A stretch of 64,000 bases of DNA from Tubiluchus corallicola (GCA_030141605.1 JAQGDQ010000001.1:2108001-2172000); one strand, 5' to 3'; shown: positions 14,333 to 26,744, counted from the first letter of the stretch. Notes: generated by a model from the sequence alone, not told the origin. Program-made: numbers and translations.

Positions 14333-15496
14333 CCATAGTCACCATAGATAACTCATTAACATTCAGTAAACACATTAATAATGTTAGAAAGAAGGCTTGG
14401 AACAGGTGGATGACAATTCGACGTAAATGTTATTTGTATAAAGGTTTTAGTTTGATGATAGTAATTGCATTGTTTAAAGCACTGGTATTACCTATTATTT
14501 TATATGGTGCGACTGCTTGGATGGCTCGTAAACATGAGTTCTTTGACGACCTAATTTATGACGTTATGAAAACTGCGACAGGTTGTCGCTTCCAGCCATC
14601 CCGTGACAAGTTGGAGTAATATGTGGATTACCGCCTTTAGAGATTATGTGGAAATGCTTAACAACGAAATTTATCTTAAAAACTTTGTTAATGCCGAACA
14701 GTGATCTAGTAAAATTAAATTTGTTTCGACTAAATAACAGTCCTATACCTCTAAACAGGCACTTTTTACGTTTGGCTTTATTGGCGACTAATGAATTTTT
14801 AAAAATAACTAAAGATTTAACTACCCGAAATTTAGATTAACGAGAAATCCCCGAAGCAGTCATTAAATATAATAAAAGTGATATTGATAATTATATATTG
14901 GCAACATGGAAATGTAAGTGTCGCAACAGATATCTTTGTGGGGCATCTCCAGTTTATCCATATTCTTTAAGTACAGCCCCCTTGAATATTCCAGTACAGA
15001 GAGATAATAAAAAAGTTGAGGTTTTAGCCTGCACATTTCTATCAGGTCAAGGCAATTTTGACGATTTTCTGTTCATTATTGGTTATGCAAACAATGATAT
15101 GTGCCAGTGTTTAGAGGGGAGGCAAACCCCACATTGTTTGAATGTAAATTCGTAAGTTGCATTAAACGAGAAAACTTTATAAGCGTTTTACAGCACCAGG
15201 ATGCTAATTATATGTTAATTTGTCGTGATAATCTGATTTTAATTAACTTTGCCAATATCTTGTTAGATAATTTTATTTTGTCACTAACCAAAGGGGATTA
15301 ATTAATTTTAGAAAATTGTTATCAATGTCAGTTAGGAAGGTAATAATAATAATAATACAATGTTAGCATAGCTATTGTAAGTTGTTAAATATGAAATGTA
15401 AATACTGTTAACTGTTATAGCCCTGCAAATAGAGGGCGCATGTATATATGTATGTATTTATATGCTCAAAATAAAGAATTATAATAATAATAATAA
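14333..15496 (+). mobile_element. 5'-truncated LINE (RT thumb to 3' end) in adenylate cyclase intron 2, antisense to the host gene
   Basis: 12-bp TSD TTGACTATGTTA at 14321-14332 and 15497-15508; AATAAA then a (TAA)n tail. Peptides VTIDNSLTFSKHI, FKALVLPIILYGATAW and GQGNF..FL..IG....C.C...QT match LINE ORF2 C-termini. Confidence 0.9.
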
Positions 15497-15793
15497 TTGA
15501 CTATGTTAAGCAGGCTTTATTTACTGCAAGGCGACCACATTTGTAACTCATACGATTTTTCATGTGTAAAACGTTGGTAGCATTCTTAAGTGTGAATGAG
15601 TTTTGAATAACATCAGAGAAAAATGTATTTCCTCCAGCTAGGATAACATGCGCAAAGTCAAGAAAACTAGAAAATAGTTTTCACAGATCTCTCAACGAGC
15701 TTCAGCAAGGCAAGCAAGCACAAGACAACCCATTTCAGAATGCAAAAATCTAGTGAATAATTTTCCCTTACAGCCAATTTAACGGTGTCTTAC

Positions 15794-15943
15794 CAGTTTC
15801 TCATTTTCGTCTTCCATTTCTAATCTGGCATCAATGCAATTGCGAGTGTCCAAAAACGCCTTCCTCTGCCCATGTTCGGTGAGACAGTGAACAAACATGC
15901 CCGCTATGTTGACCGCTAAGAACATTACTCCATTCGCCACTAA
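15794..15943 (-). CDS. rut: Adenylate cyclase exon 2
   Basis: tttacag|...|gtaaga; 150 nt encoding LVANGVMFLAVNIAGMFVHCLTEHGQRKAFLDTRNCIDARLEMEDENEKL (conserved QR.AFLDTRNCI..RL motif); phase 0/0 fits both neighbours. Confidence 0.95.
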
Positions 15944-17400
15944 CTGTAAAGGCAAAGTGCAAATCTATTATGCGGAAATAAGATCGTTATTTCTAAGTAC
16001 GTAATTATATGATCAATTCATTCCTTCGAACTTTACCAGCTATGATATATTAGGCACTTGTTATTTCTTACTAACGACTCAATATTTTGAAAGACAAGAA
16101 AGATGATTACAGCCTATTTAGAAACTGCTACTTCAAAGTATTAGTTTACAACGAGAACCAGTATGACAAAAGGATAAGTCAAATATTTCGAAATAATGAA
16201 GTCACAGCTTTTTGTCTAGCATTAGTAAGCCGTAGAACGATAATGTTAAAAACATATTTTCAAATCTGTGTTCTAACTGAGCCAGGAATCTCGAACAGGA
16301 CTAGTGTTCCCATTAGTAAGTGTGAAAGGTTTTTCTGACATCGAAGCAACTTTCACCAAATAAATTGCCAGATGAAGTAATCCTAAGGAACAGCGCAATC
16401 GTGACGAGAATGATCACGACGATCTACAAAAGCCTAGGAGTATCTGACAGAATTTAAAAGCCAAGTTCAAATATGAAAAATTATTTCGTAAACGTATAAA
16501 CGCCACGCATAACACCTAAAAAAGCTGAAAGCACGCATCACTTCTGCTTCTACTTAATCTTGCTCCAGTTTTAATACATTTTGGAGCCAATTTTCTATTA
16601 ACTTCAAAGGGTAGCTTTCGACTTTCTACTTTCAGCATGTGGTTTCCACACGAAAATCAGTTCACATAGAAAAACAACAAAAGGTAGCTCAGAGTTCTAC
16701 GTAGCTTATAATAAATTCTTTATTTCTTTCTTTATTTATTTATTACAAAGTAAAATTCGAAAATTCGTTGAGCTAGTCAGTACGGTCATATAAGAGTCAT
16801 GCGGGTCCTGTGGCAGCAAATCCAGAGTATTTACAAATGACATCAACTATACGCAAAAACATTTTAATATAAGTCTAACTAACAAATTTTTTTCATACTA
16901 CATTGCATTTCGTTCACTGGTAGATTGGAGTTGTTCACCTATTGTATAATTTTTATGATACTTTGTCGTACGAATTTAAAGTGTTTTCACCTACTAGTAA
17001 AATGCTCGCAACGCTCCCACACTAGAGCAAAACACACATCAAAGAACGCCTAACAATAAAGATTGACGGGTAAGTGATCTTAACAGTGACTTGTTGATTA
17101 CAGTCTACTGGTAATCCATTAAATTAAAAAGCTAATTTTCAGTCAGCTTTCCTAAATGTCTGGCAGTGGCACATAAGAATCCTCAAAATCAGAAAAAATG
17201 GTTATTACTAATCGGTATTGCAGAATGACGAGTAAACTAGTAATCTGAAAACCTTCAATATCCTTAATATTTCGGAATCTGAATGGTCCTGACTGAAGAG
17301 CATTTTGGCGCAAATCCTGGTAAAATTCAGCAATATGCTGCAACTCGACACTCTATGATAAAGAAACTTCATGCATGAACTTGAAATGGCCTACTTCACA

Positions 17401-17524
<124 letters not shown>

Positions 17525-19256
17525 CACTAACTACAACATCATTACTTTATTCATCAGTAAGAATTTGCTCAACAAAATTCAATTTCTTTTCAGATTTGGC
17601 CTCGGATAGTTTGTACTAAAGAGAAATGAAATAGCTTACAGCCTTTGTGGGATGATTTCAATGTCCTACCTGTAGCAATGATTTTATTGCCCAATCAGCC
17701 CTATTCAGTTTTTGTTATCGTCAGTAGAAACTCACATACAGTACACCTCCCTTTATAGTTTGTACAACCGGAGACTCGAGTTAGTAATGAGACTACCATT
17801 TATTTTCATCGAATTTACAACGAAACGAAACAGCAAATTTATTTAGATGTTATCAACTAAACAACTTTACGAATATTAGACCTGCCTGGCGAAAAGCCCC
17901 GCCACTCTGAAATCCGTGTAGGAAAGGCAACCTACAATATGCAATTATCATGTGTAAAACAGCGATGTCCAGTCTTCAGGGTCTCTGGCTTCAATTAAAT
18001 CCTAGCCAGACGTTTGCACGTGTTTCAGCTCTGCCATCCAATGATACCACAGATCTTACTTTAAAAGCTTTCACTATACACCAGTTAATTTGAAACTCAT
18101 GTTTCAATATGAGGTTAATAAAAACAACGTGCACTAAGCTAGCTGTCGTGTTTAATTGGTTTAGTTCTTCACACCTTTGTCACTTAAGACATTAAAGTCT
18201 CGAAAATGTTACGTTTTAAACATGTCATCAGGAAAATTGTTTTAATTGAAGCTGAAAATATAATATAAATGTATAAAATATTAATGTGATAAGAGGATTC
18301 ACCATCGTGTATTTACTGTTGAGGGTTTTCCCATACCACTTCCCATGTGCGTTCTCCAATTTGTTGGCTGTCTGTAAAAAACATGCTTCTTTTATGTACT
18401 TTACTAATTCAATTTGTCAGAAAATTGCCAAAGTGCAGGGTGAATTTTGAAAACGAATAGCCCCTGAGATCATCCTGATTATCGTCTCCAGGATAACGAT
18501 ATATCCTGGAGCAGCTAAAAACCGTTATTTCTCCAACTCTAAGATACTCACAATCAGAGTTTCCAAATTAAACTTGAAAATGAAAATTCTTTGTGTAGGG
18601 CAAGTGCATTTATTAACATGTTGTAATGTAAATGGCAGTCTGGCAGATCAGCAGTGGCATACTACCACACAGGCCTAGACCAATGTTTGTATCTAAATTA
18701 CTAGATAAAAAAACTGAGTAATAATAATAAAGTAACTAGTACTTATCACAAAGATTAGAGAAACACCCAGCAACTATGTCTTTAAGAAGCCTCAGCCATT
18801 TACGGCTATTGATGAGGTCTATTTAAAATATGGCAGTCTATTTGAACACCAGAATATATGGTCTTTATATATATATATATATATAAAGACCATATATATA
18901 TATTAAAATGGTGTGGCCATTCACTATAAATGGCCACACCATTTTAAAATGCGCACTGCATAGATCTCCAAATACACAAACCTGAACATACCAGTTTTCC
19001 TAATTGCCTGGCACATCTCTGCATGAAAATTCTTCTGACGTCACACAGTAACGCACGATAATGAGGCTGTCTTCGTTATAACGTTTCCATAAAATTCTAG
19101 TTCATCAATTACAATGCACAACAGGCAGTCAAAATCAGTTCGCAGGAAAAAAGTACAATGAGAAATACCAAAACCTCAACATGCCCCCACAAACAGGACC
19201 ATCAATGCGCAAGAGAAACAATGACTATTTGTATTCTTTTTATTGTACTCCTTTGA

Positions 19257-19392
19257 CTATGGAACCCCCTAAAGTGGAATTAATGCGTTTTTAATATTGA
19301 TAAATGCTTGATTTTTTTAATATTCAAAATTGATTTATTAATACTCAAAAATAAGTAATATTCAAAAATAAATTCCACTTGGCGTTCCATAA
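19257..19392. mobile_element. Small MITE
   Basis: Imperfect TIRs TATGGAAC.CC..AAGTGGAATT / AATTCCACTTGGCGTTCCATA; TTGAC flanks both sides. Confidence 0.7.
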
Positions 19393-19515
19393 TTGACTAA
19401 CTGCTATACTGTTTATTGTCCTTTTTTTATTTAAATTACTGTAATGGTAAATATCCTTCTTTTTCTATGAGCACCACTAACAAGTTGAAAACTGTATGGC
19501 AATTTTGAAATAAAC

Positions 19516-19548
<33 letters not shown>

Positions 19549-21842
19549 GATACCCGCGATAACTATACTGATACGCCCAATGAACTTAAAGAAGACATGA
19601 CTGCTGATTATCAGTAGTGGTATAAATTGTAAATTTTACAAAATAGAAAAAAATGCAAAACATATGAAAAGTTAATATTTAATTACAAATTAAACTTCAA
19701 CTGATATGAATTTTTTAGCTTAGGCGTACACACCAAACACAGTACCGCTGTTAACATTAACAAAATCACAAATAATTATTTGTTATTAATATTATTTTGT
19801 TGTGCTTTTGCATCTATGTTTTATATAGTTTCACTCTTGTCACTACAAAAAATAATTTAAGTTAAAGTGAACGCGGGCTCAATAGTACTTGCATGGTACG
19901 CTGAAATTGCCTGTAAACTTCTGTTCCATGTATCATGTTCCTCACTACCGACATTTTTTCCGTTTTTCAGGGATTCCAGGGTTCTGACGTGCACAATGAA
20001 ATGAAGCCAGCAGGAAAAGCAATGAAAGCATATCTCGAAGCCATGCCGCACGTTTGAGGAAGGAGATCATGGCTATTTTTAAGACGGTTGATTCACGCAC
20101 GCGGTCCTAAAGCTACAAACATAAGTTCAGTCTCCCCTGCTAGTGAACCTAAATAATCTCCGCCATATGTCGTCTGAATCCGTCTGTAGCCAACAACGTT
20201 TCAATTTTCGCATAGCAGTACTAGTTTTTAAAAGAACTGTTTGACCGCAAGTTAAATATATTTTTAATCTTGATGAATCCTTCGGGGAGCGGAATTTAGG
20301 CCAAAAGGTGAAGCTGTCCCTCTTCCACTTTGCAGAAATGAAATTATTTTTTTAAATTTTGAACTAATTTTGGGGACTAGATATGCGTCATGTGCATACG
20401 CGCACGTGTGTTTATGCGTATGTATGGATGTAATAAATAGATAAAAAAAATTGACCGTTATGCGGAAAAGTTATGCAAAGTCTGTGCAGGACTAACCTAA
20501 AACTAAGCCAATTGCTCTTTACAAATTAGAATTATAGGATGACAGAATTTTTCGACAACAGAAAATGATTTTAAAACTATATGAAACTTATTTTCTCAAG
20601 AGAAACACACTGAACTAGCTTTAATGCGGTAAAGATTAGAAAATTGTTTTCTAAAAAAGTGAAATAAGCTTTAAAAAAGTTTGGATTTTAAAGACGGAGA
20701 CATATAAACGCACATTCTACCATCATCAGTTGATGTAATTGAAGCTCAAAAGTCAAAGCTAATCAGCTGTGAGACTAACTGAAGTTGGACAGTTGTCTGA
20801 CATTATTATCATCAAACGCAGTAGCTGTATTAAAGGGTGTTCGACTAATATTGCCTTGTTGCCTTTCTACAGCTGTGACTACTGTAATTAGTTCAGCACG
20901 ACTTAAACCGAAAATTTTCACAAATTACAATACGAAATTGCAGATGATTCTACCATGCTTGTACTGTCAAAATTTGCCTGAAAACTTATTTTTAGGACAT
21001 TCAATTAACTCTTCATACGTCACACATGATGTAAAAACTAAAAAAGTAATAAGAAATAATCAAAATTTAATGATTTACCACCAAACGAAACGCACATTTA
21101 AGACAGGTGTAAAATCCTCTACATAATAGCCATTTTAATTATTTGGCGAAATTGTCTAAACAAAAGCCATTTTAGTGTGAATCCAATTCTAGTAAAGTAC
21201 TCGAAAAAATTTCATTGTAGCTGTACTGCACAGTCAACGTGCTCTTAATTAACACTATTTTAAAGGTGTAACATCTTATGAGTATATTAAATCAGCTTAA
21301 ATATATTACTCGACCATTTCGCAAGCATAGTTATTCCCCTATACAAGAACCATTAGGAGCTTCGTCCTTTTTAAACTACGAACTTTATGAAAGCAGTCCC
21401 GAATTAGGTAACATTAATAGTCTACTAAACCGACAACAAGAAAGGGCTATTGAATAATACATGTGCTCTGAATGCAGAGCTCGAAAGTTGGCAACAGACT
21501 AATTACTAATTAAAAATTCACTTTGTCAAATTATAGCCGCTAGCATACCATGTCTTCGAGTATACTAAATGTTCAGTATTTTTTGTTATCTCATTTAATA
21601 AACGGCCAGGTACTAGCAGTAGCTATTACATTTTTAACTTTTAAAGAGACACCAGCAGTTACTAAGCTTGATGCTAGAACTGAAACGCCCTTAAGTAGCT
21701 TCCTGAACAACAAGAAGTAGGCCACACAATGCATATTCTTCCGAATGTGGGTACTTATATAGGTACCAAGACTTTGTACCAAGACAGCAAAATTTGAAAA
21801 CGTATTACATTCATGGAGATTTAATGAACTATTAATACACAC

Positions 21843-22406
21843 TTGTTGCCACAGAAGCCAAGGAAAAACTTCCACACACAGAGCCGCCACAACCATGTGA
21901 CACACAGGAAGCATTATTCCAAACAAAACAGCAAAATATGTCTTCAAGGGCAGCATGGCGTACACCAGGAAAACGACGAATACAATTTCCCACACCCCTT
22001 CCGGGGCGGACTTTCGCCGCTCCGATTCGAAGAAGTTCGCCGGGAAAGAGATCACTGAGAAGCAAACGCACAGTACAAGTATAGTATAACATATTAATAA
22101 CAATTGAGAGTCCCGCATATATTTCGTATTGATGTAAATTAAAAGAGCGAAAAATAAGAGACATTGCACACAGTAGTAGATGTTATCAGCGGTTGCTTTT
22201 CGATAGAAAACTAAGCCAAGTATGGCAAGAACTCCAGACAGTACAATAAACAGTAGCAATACAGAAGCTATAGACGATTGCTGTAGTTTGAAAATGTATT
22301 TTTGATAGAGGCTTTCCAGTTCATCACTTTCGAATTTTCGACGCTGTAAAAGCCATCTTAGTTTTAGATTGGGTCCGTGCCCCAATGTTTTCACACTGTG
22401 ATCCAT
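21843..22406 (-). CDS. rut: Ca2+/calmodulin-responsive transmembrane adenylate cyclase (rutabaga/ADCY1-like), coding exon 1 (N-terminus and M1 transmembrane helices)
   Basis: ATG at 22406 gives MDHSVK...KFESDELESLYQKYIFKLQ...APEGVWEIVFVVFLVYAMLPL...WLLWQQ. This closely matches recalled Drosophila rutabaga (MDHAVK...FENDELECLYQRY..KLQ...EGVWQIVFVVFLAYAMMPL). GT donor at 21842; 564 nt, phase 0. The listed ORF runs on into the intron. Confidence 0.93.
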
Positions 22407-22820
22407 CACTGCAACGCGCACGCCAAGTATGAAGCACTACATCTCAACTAACCCAGCTTCACTGCTCAAGAATCTAAGACGTTGACTTTCGTTGAGAGGT
22501 TCGCCAGGGATATTGGTAACTTGAAAAGTGTCTAGGATTAGCCTACAAACACTACAAACAAACAAGCGCGATGCGGTAATTAGTTAATAACTTCGCGCGG
22601 CTCACAGCATTTCATTTGTTTACAACGATTTACTAAAGCTGGGTAGGCCTATTTAGCAAAAGCTATCGCGAGTAGTTTCAATTTCTCGAGCATTAAGGCA
22701 TTATGCTCTAGGTTGTATAGATTCGTTACAAATAATTATATAACACCGTAATACAAAATACAAAGCGGCAAAACCAAAACACACATACAAATGCATACAA
22801 GTTTGCAAATAAAAAACAGA

Positions 22821-22930
22821 TTTATTAAAAGACATAATAGTTCAAATATATTTCACACTGGAAGAAGCTTATATTGTTAATGAGTGAAGCAATGAGTTGA
22901 ATGAAGTAAAGTCTAATTCGATAATTTATT
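22821..22930 (-). terminator. Candidate polyadenylation signals for CatSper-beta
   Basis: AATAAA on the - strand at 22925-22930 and 22821-22826, 230-340 nt after the stop codon. The AT-rich context makes chance hits possible. Confidence 0.4.
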
Positions 22931-23159
22931 ACCGATCAGTAATATATGTATGTACTTCTAGTTAACAAGAAATCACAATTAATCCAATTGGACGAGTTCA
23001 AACATTAGTTACTACATATCATGACTATGTAAACTCAGTAGAAAATATAATGAGGCATAATAGTCCCAAGTATAATAAATTGAAAAATTGTTCTCGTTAG
23101 TCATTACAAGTTAGGCCTACAACGTGAAACAAAACTGTAATACCGACCGACTATACCGC

Positions 23160-26100
23160 CTAATAGATATTATACTTCGACCGATTCAAAAATTGTTGGG
23201 CTGTATGATGAGCACTGTCATGCAAGTCCTTACACCTAGACCCCGACTTTTTAATTCGCGGAATGTGATGGTTAGTCAGATAAAATAAATACACTATGAA
23301 CAACACTAAACCTACCAGTATGCATACTGTTACGTCAACTAAGTGTGACAGTGGGTACTGCATTGGCACCTTCACAACAAACATTTGAAATTCAGCATTT
23401 AGCAAACAATATGACTGCCCAGGGGCCACACTGATGCGAAAATGAAACAACCCAGAACCTCTTAAACCCAAAATAACATTTTCGGGATGAAAGTGCTGTT
23501 CCTGTAAAAAATCTAGCGATTTAAAATTGCTCAGCATCCGGCTGTCTTTTTGCTTGACACGTATGCTATAGTCCTCTCTGTTGTTCAGCTCTTTGATAGA
23601 AACCATGTATGGGTACGTCATCCTAACAGGAGTGTTTTCTGACCTATGTAAAGTCACGTTTATCTCCAAATACGCGTGCTTAAACAGTATTTGTCTTACC
23701 TTTTCCTTGCAGTCTGAAAACTTTGCCAATGAAGACAGCTTCATGTAGTCTGTACATCCACATTCTTCTCTCGACTTTTTGCCTGCACACTGCTTATACT
23801 CACCCGATGTTTTGGATATGATAAACCTATCAAAATGTCTCGGTTTGCTAGGATCTGCATTATAGATATTATTACAGGTAGGTATAGCAATTCCAAATTT
23901 CGAAGGCGGACGATAATTAACTGGCAAAATCTGTAATAAATCTTTGGTGGTATTGTCGTCGGTAGAAAGAAACTGGCTGTCTGTTACTTCAGTGGCATAG
24001 TTATATTTCAGAAATTTTTGTAATGGGCATCCCGAATAGACAACGGCTGAGACGGACCCAAGTTCGCATTGCAGCGAAGCTGAAGTTAATCTGAATGTAA
24101 CAGAAGTGAAATATCGCTTCTCGTACTGCTCTTGCAAAACTACTGATACGTTATCGTAGTGGTCAACTTTGTTAACAAAAGCAGATGTTTGCAAAAAGTG
24201 AGGATTGCTTTGAGTTACCGCAACAAGAGGAATCCCCTCCCTGCTCTTATAAACACTACCCCAAGTTCTTGCGGCCAGTGACAATGTAACAAAATCGTGC
24301 GAATCCAATTCGAAAACAACCCGTTGCTTTAGTACGTCGCCTAAAATCACTTTGTGCCGACAAACGTCCTCAGATAATTTCCAAGGTTTCTCAGAAAACA
24401 CATTGCGTCGAACAGCAAAATTATAAATGAACCACTGACTTGCCACTGCTGAAATATGGGCATACGCTGGTGATGGTGAGGCAACAATGCAATGAGTGAC
24501 GTTTACTTTTTTCTTAACTAAAAACGTGGCTCTGCCTGGAAAAGCAATAGACTTTCCCTCGTCAGTGTCCAACCAGCCAGTCAGTGGATCTACCGCACCT
24601 TGTAAAGCTAGCATAAGGATTTGCTGTTCTTGCACCATCTCAATATCGTATTTTTGAGCTGGACTTTCGAAAATTGATTCATACTTAAATGGAGTTAACA
24701 CAGACACCTGTACCGAAGCCAAAAAACCACGGGCGTTGAATACTTCATACGATACATTTGTAATTAAACCAGATCCACCATTTGTCTGGGTGAATAGCTT
24801 ACCCTCGTGCCATTGCTTAAATTTTGATTCGATATTGACATCTGATGCATCTAATGGCATATGTTCGTGAAAAATTACATCAGATTCTGCATAGTATTGA
24901 AGGACCAGAGGGTGATCAAAGTATTCTTCTGATTCAGCAAAAAACTGTTCAATATTTATTTCGGAGACATTAATAACCCCATTCATTTCGAGTTTTATTT
25001 TATAAAGTTTGTCAATGGGTGAATAAAAAGGCACCACAAGTTCTGGGCTAGAGACATTTGCTGAAAGCAAATGTTCTGGTATCTTGACCATTCTTGGTAT
25101 TCCAACTTTACCGTATACTAGCCCACCTCTTCTTGTCGTCATGATAACTAACCCATGTTTATTTACTTCCGCATTTACGACATGGTCGTTTTCCAGTGCA
25201 ACTATTCTTTGGAATGAGTTGCCACCATCTATCGACAACCAAACTGAGTTTCCAAATGCAAAGAAATCATTGGACCTCGTGTGAAAAATAATTCCATTAA
25301 TTTCTTCTTTGGGAGGAAAAACGAAATGTGAAACATGTGAATTATTAACTAAATTAATATTAGTATCGAGTCTATGTATGGATACATGTAGCCTGTTGTC
25401 TGTAGGAGGTTGGTACATTAATATTAAACTGCTTGTAGGATGATTGTATCCTATTTCACGAAGAACCGAGTGCTCTGGTAAAGAAAAAGTCTGCACAGAT
25501 TTCCATTTCTTAAAAGGATCAACACCGTACATGCCAGAAAAGATCCAGTTTGTCTCATTCAACGAAGTGCCCCCGTAGATAACAGAAACCAGATCTTTTG
25601 TGTAAATCTCGTGTTGCCTGTCCATGCAAAACGGAGTGTGATTTAAAACAAACTTTTCTTCAGAACCATCAAATACAGATTCCAGTGGTGTGCCACTGAA
25701 TGGATTTACTATCGAGAAAATTAAGTTATTAGATTCATACTTTGTTAAGTGTTGGCTTATAAACAAGCCCACATTTGTCAGTAATATCAGGGCAAAATTA
25801 GTAATATATCCGTCAAGTAGGGCGATTTCAGGGCAAGCATGCCCTTTCCCGCCATAGCAAATGCCACCCAAATACGCAGTGAGGTTGTACCACATAGTAT
25901 TATTCTCACTAAATGCTCCCCTTGTCAATGCCACGTAAACTCCTGGTGATGTGGGTGTAGTCTGCAACAAAAGCATAGCAACATCTTCTGCACAAGGACT
26001 ATGTATCACCTTTATACCTTTACTTGATTTGACAATTGTTGAAGGTCCAATTGGCTGCCCTGGTACTGGAAACTCAAGCTGCAAAATTGGTTCTGTTAAC

Positions 26101-26579
26101 ACGTCTAACAAAGTCCCAGTTGCATCGTAGCTGCCATGACTGTGCAAAACAGATACACCAATGTCCCACTGACTGTACTTGGTAGAACTCGGTTGACGTT
26201 CTCCTGTGATATTCTCTCTGGTCAGAATTAATTTCCAATAGTACTGTCCTTCACGTGCTGTAGCAAATCTGAACTCTTTTCGCCATGTTGAATTCCAGAC
26301 ATGTAGAACTGGAGCAATTCCAGTAAAATCATATTCTCTGTATAAAGCAGCTCTGGAATAATTAGTATCGTTTGCTGAATTATAGACCTGACAGTACACA
26401 GGCGTTATTTTCTCCTGGAGGAAGATTCTATTGTTTAACGATTCTTTAAAGAAATCTGGAGATGACTGTATATGGAACTTCACTTTCTTTTTAAGATATG
26501 AAGAGTTACTCTTAACAAAAACCAGCACAATAATATAGGTAGCATATTTGCAATAAGACGTAGTACTAAAAAACACCAT
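23160..26579 (-). CDS. CATSPERB: Cation channel sperm-associated auxiliary subunit beta (CatSper-beta), uninterrupted ORF of 1139 aa from the first ATG
   Basis: Motifs recalled from vertebrate CATSPERB occur in order: GTLLDVLTEPILQ, PCAEDVA, FHTRS..FAFGNSVWLSIDGGNSFQ, LPVNYRPPS..GIAIP..N.Y.ADPSKP, KQCA....REEC.CT, FSDCKEKV, GSGLFHFR. It has a hydrophobic N-terminus and a single C-terminal TM helix. First ATG is at 26579 (the listed ORF starts at an upstream GTG). Confidence 0.93.
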   Translation of the reverse strand: MVFFSTTSYCKYATYIIVLVFVKSNSSYLKKKVKFHIQSSPDFFKESLNNRIFLQEKITPVYCQVYNSANDTNYSRAALYREYDFTGIAPVLHVWNSTWRKEFRFATAREGQYYWKLILTRENITGERQPSSTKYSQWDIGVSVLHSHGSYDATGTLLDVLTEPILQLEFPVPGQPIGPSTIVKSSKGIKVIHSPCAEDVAMLLLQTTPTSPGVYVALTRGAFSENNTMWYNLTAYLGGICYGGKGHACPEIALLDGYITNFALILLTNVGLFISQHLTKYESNNLIFSIVNPFSGTPLESVFDGSEEKFVLNHTPFCMDRQHEIYTKDLVSVIYGGTSLNETNWIFSGMYGVDPFKKWKSVQTFSLPEHSVLREIGYNHPTSSLILMYQPPTDNRLHVSIHRLDTNINLVNNSHVSHFVFPPKEEINGIIFHTRSNDFFAFGNSVWLSIDGGNSFQRIVALENDHVVNAEVNKHGLVIMTTRRGGLVYGKVGIPRMVKIPEHLLSANVSSPELVVPFYSPIDKLYKIKLEMNGVINVSEINIEQFFAESEEYFDHPLVLQYYAESDVIFHEHMPLDASDVNIESKFKQWHEGKLFTQTNGGSGLITNVSYEVFNARGFLASVQVSVLTPFKYESIFESPAQKYDIEMVQEQQILMLALQGAVDPLTGWLDTDEGKSIAFPGRATFLVKKKVNVTHCIVASPSPAYAHISAVASQWFIYNFAVRRNVFSEKPWKLSEDVCRHKVILGDVLKQRVVFELDSHDFVTLSLAARTWGSVYKSREGIPLVAVTQSNPHFLQTSAFVNKVDHYDNVSVVLQEQYEKRYFTSVTFRLTSASLQCELGSVSAVVYSGCPLQKFLKYNYATEVTDSQFLSTDDNTTKDLLQILPVNYRPPSKFGIAIPTCNNIYNADPSKPRHFDRFIISKTSGEYKQCAGKKSREECGCTDYMKLSSLAKFSDCKEKVRQILFKHAYLEINVTLHRSENTPVRMTYPYMVSIKELNNREDYSIRVKQKDSRMLSNFKSLDFLQEQHFHPENVILGLRGSGLFHFRISVAPGQSYCLLNAEFQMFVVKVPMQYPLSHLVDVTVCILVGLVLFIVYLFYLTNHHIPRIKKSGSRCKDLHDSAHHTAQQFLNRSKYNIY

Positions 26580-26613
26580 CTTTACATTCACTCACAACAA
26601 TCTCAATAGCCGT

Positions 26614-26621
26614 TGACGTCA
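26614..26621. promoter_or_regulatory. Perfect CRE palindrome (TGACGTCA) 35 bp upstream of the CatSper-beta ATG
   Basis: The sequence TGACGTCA is seen directly; function is inferred only. Confidence 0.35.
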
Positions 26622-26744
26622 CAAGTAAAAAATTCTAACAATAAACAATGACAAAATAAAGTGCAGTACAAAACAATCTTTAGGCCTACATTGCTTTTTC
26701 CATCGCATATATTAATTCTACTGGTATGGGCTTAATATATTTAC

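Noticed and set aside
21591-21842. C-terminal part of the listed 276-aa ORF
   Set aside because: It is intron read-through; homology resumes in phase at the exon starting 15943.
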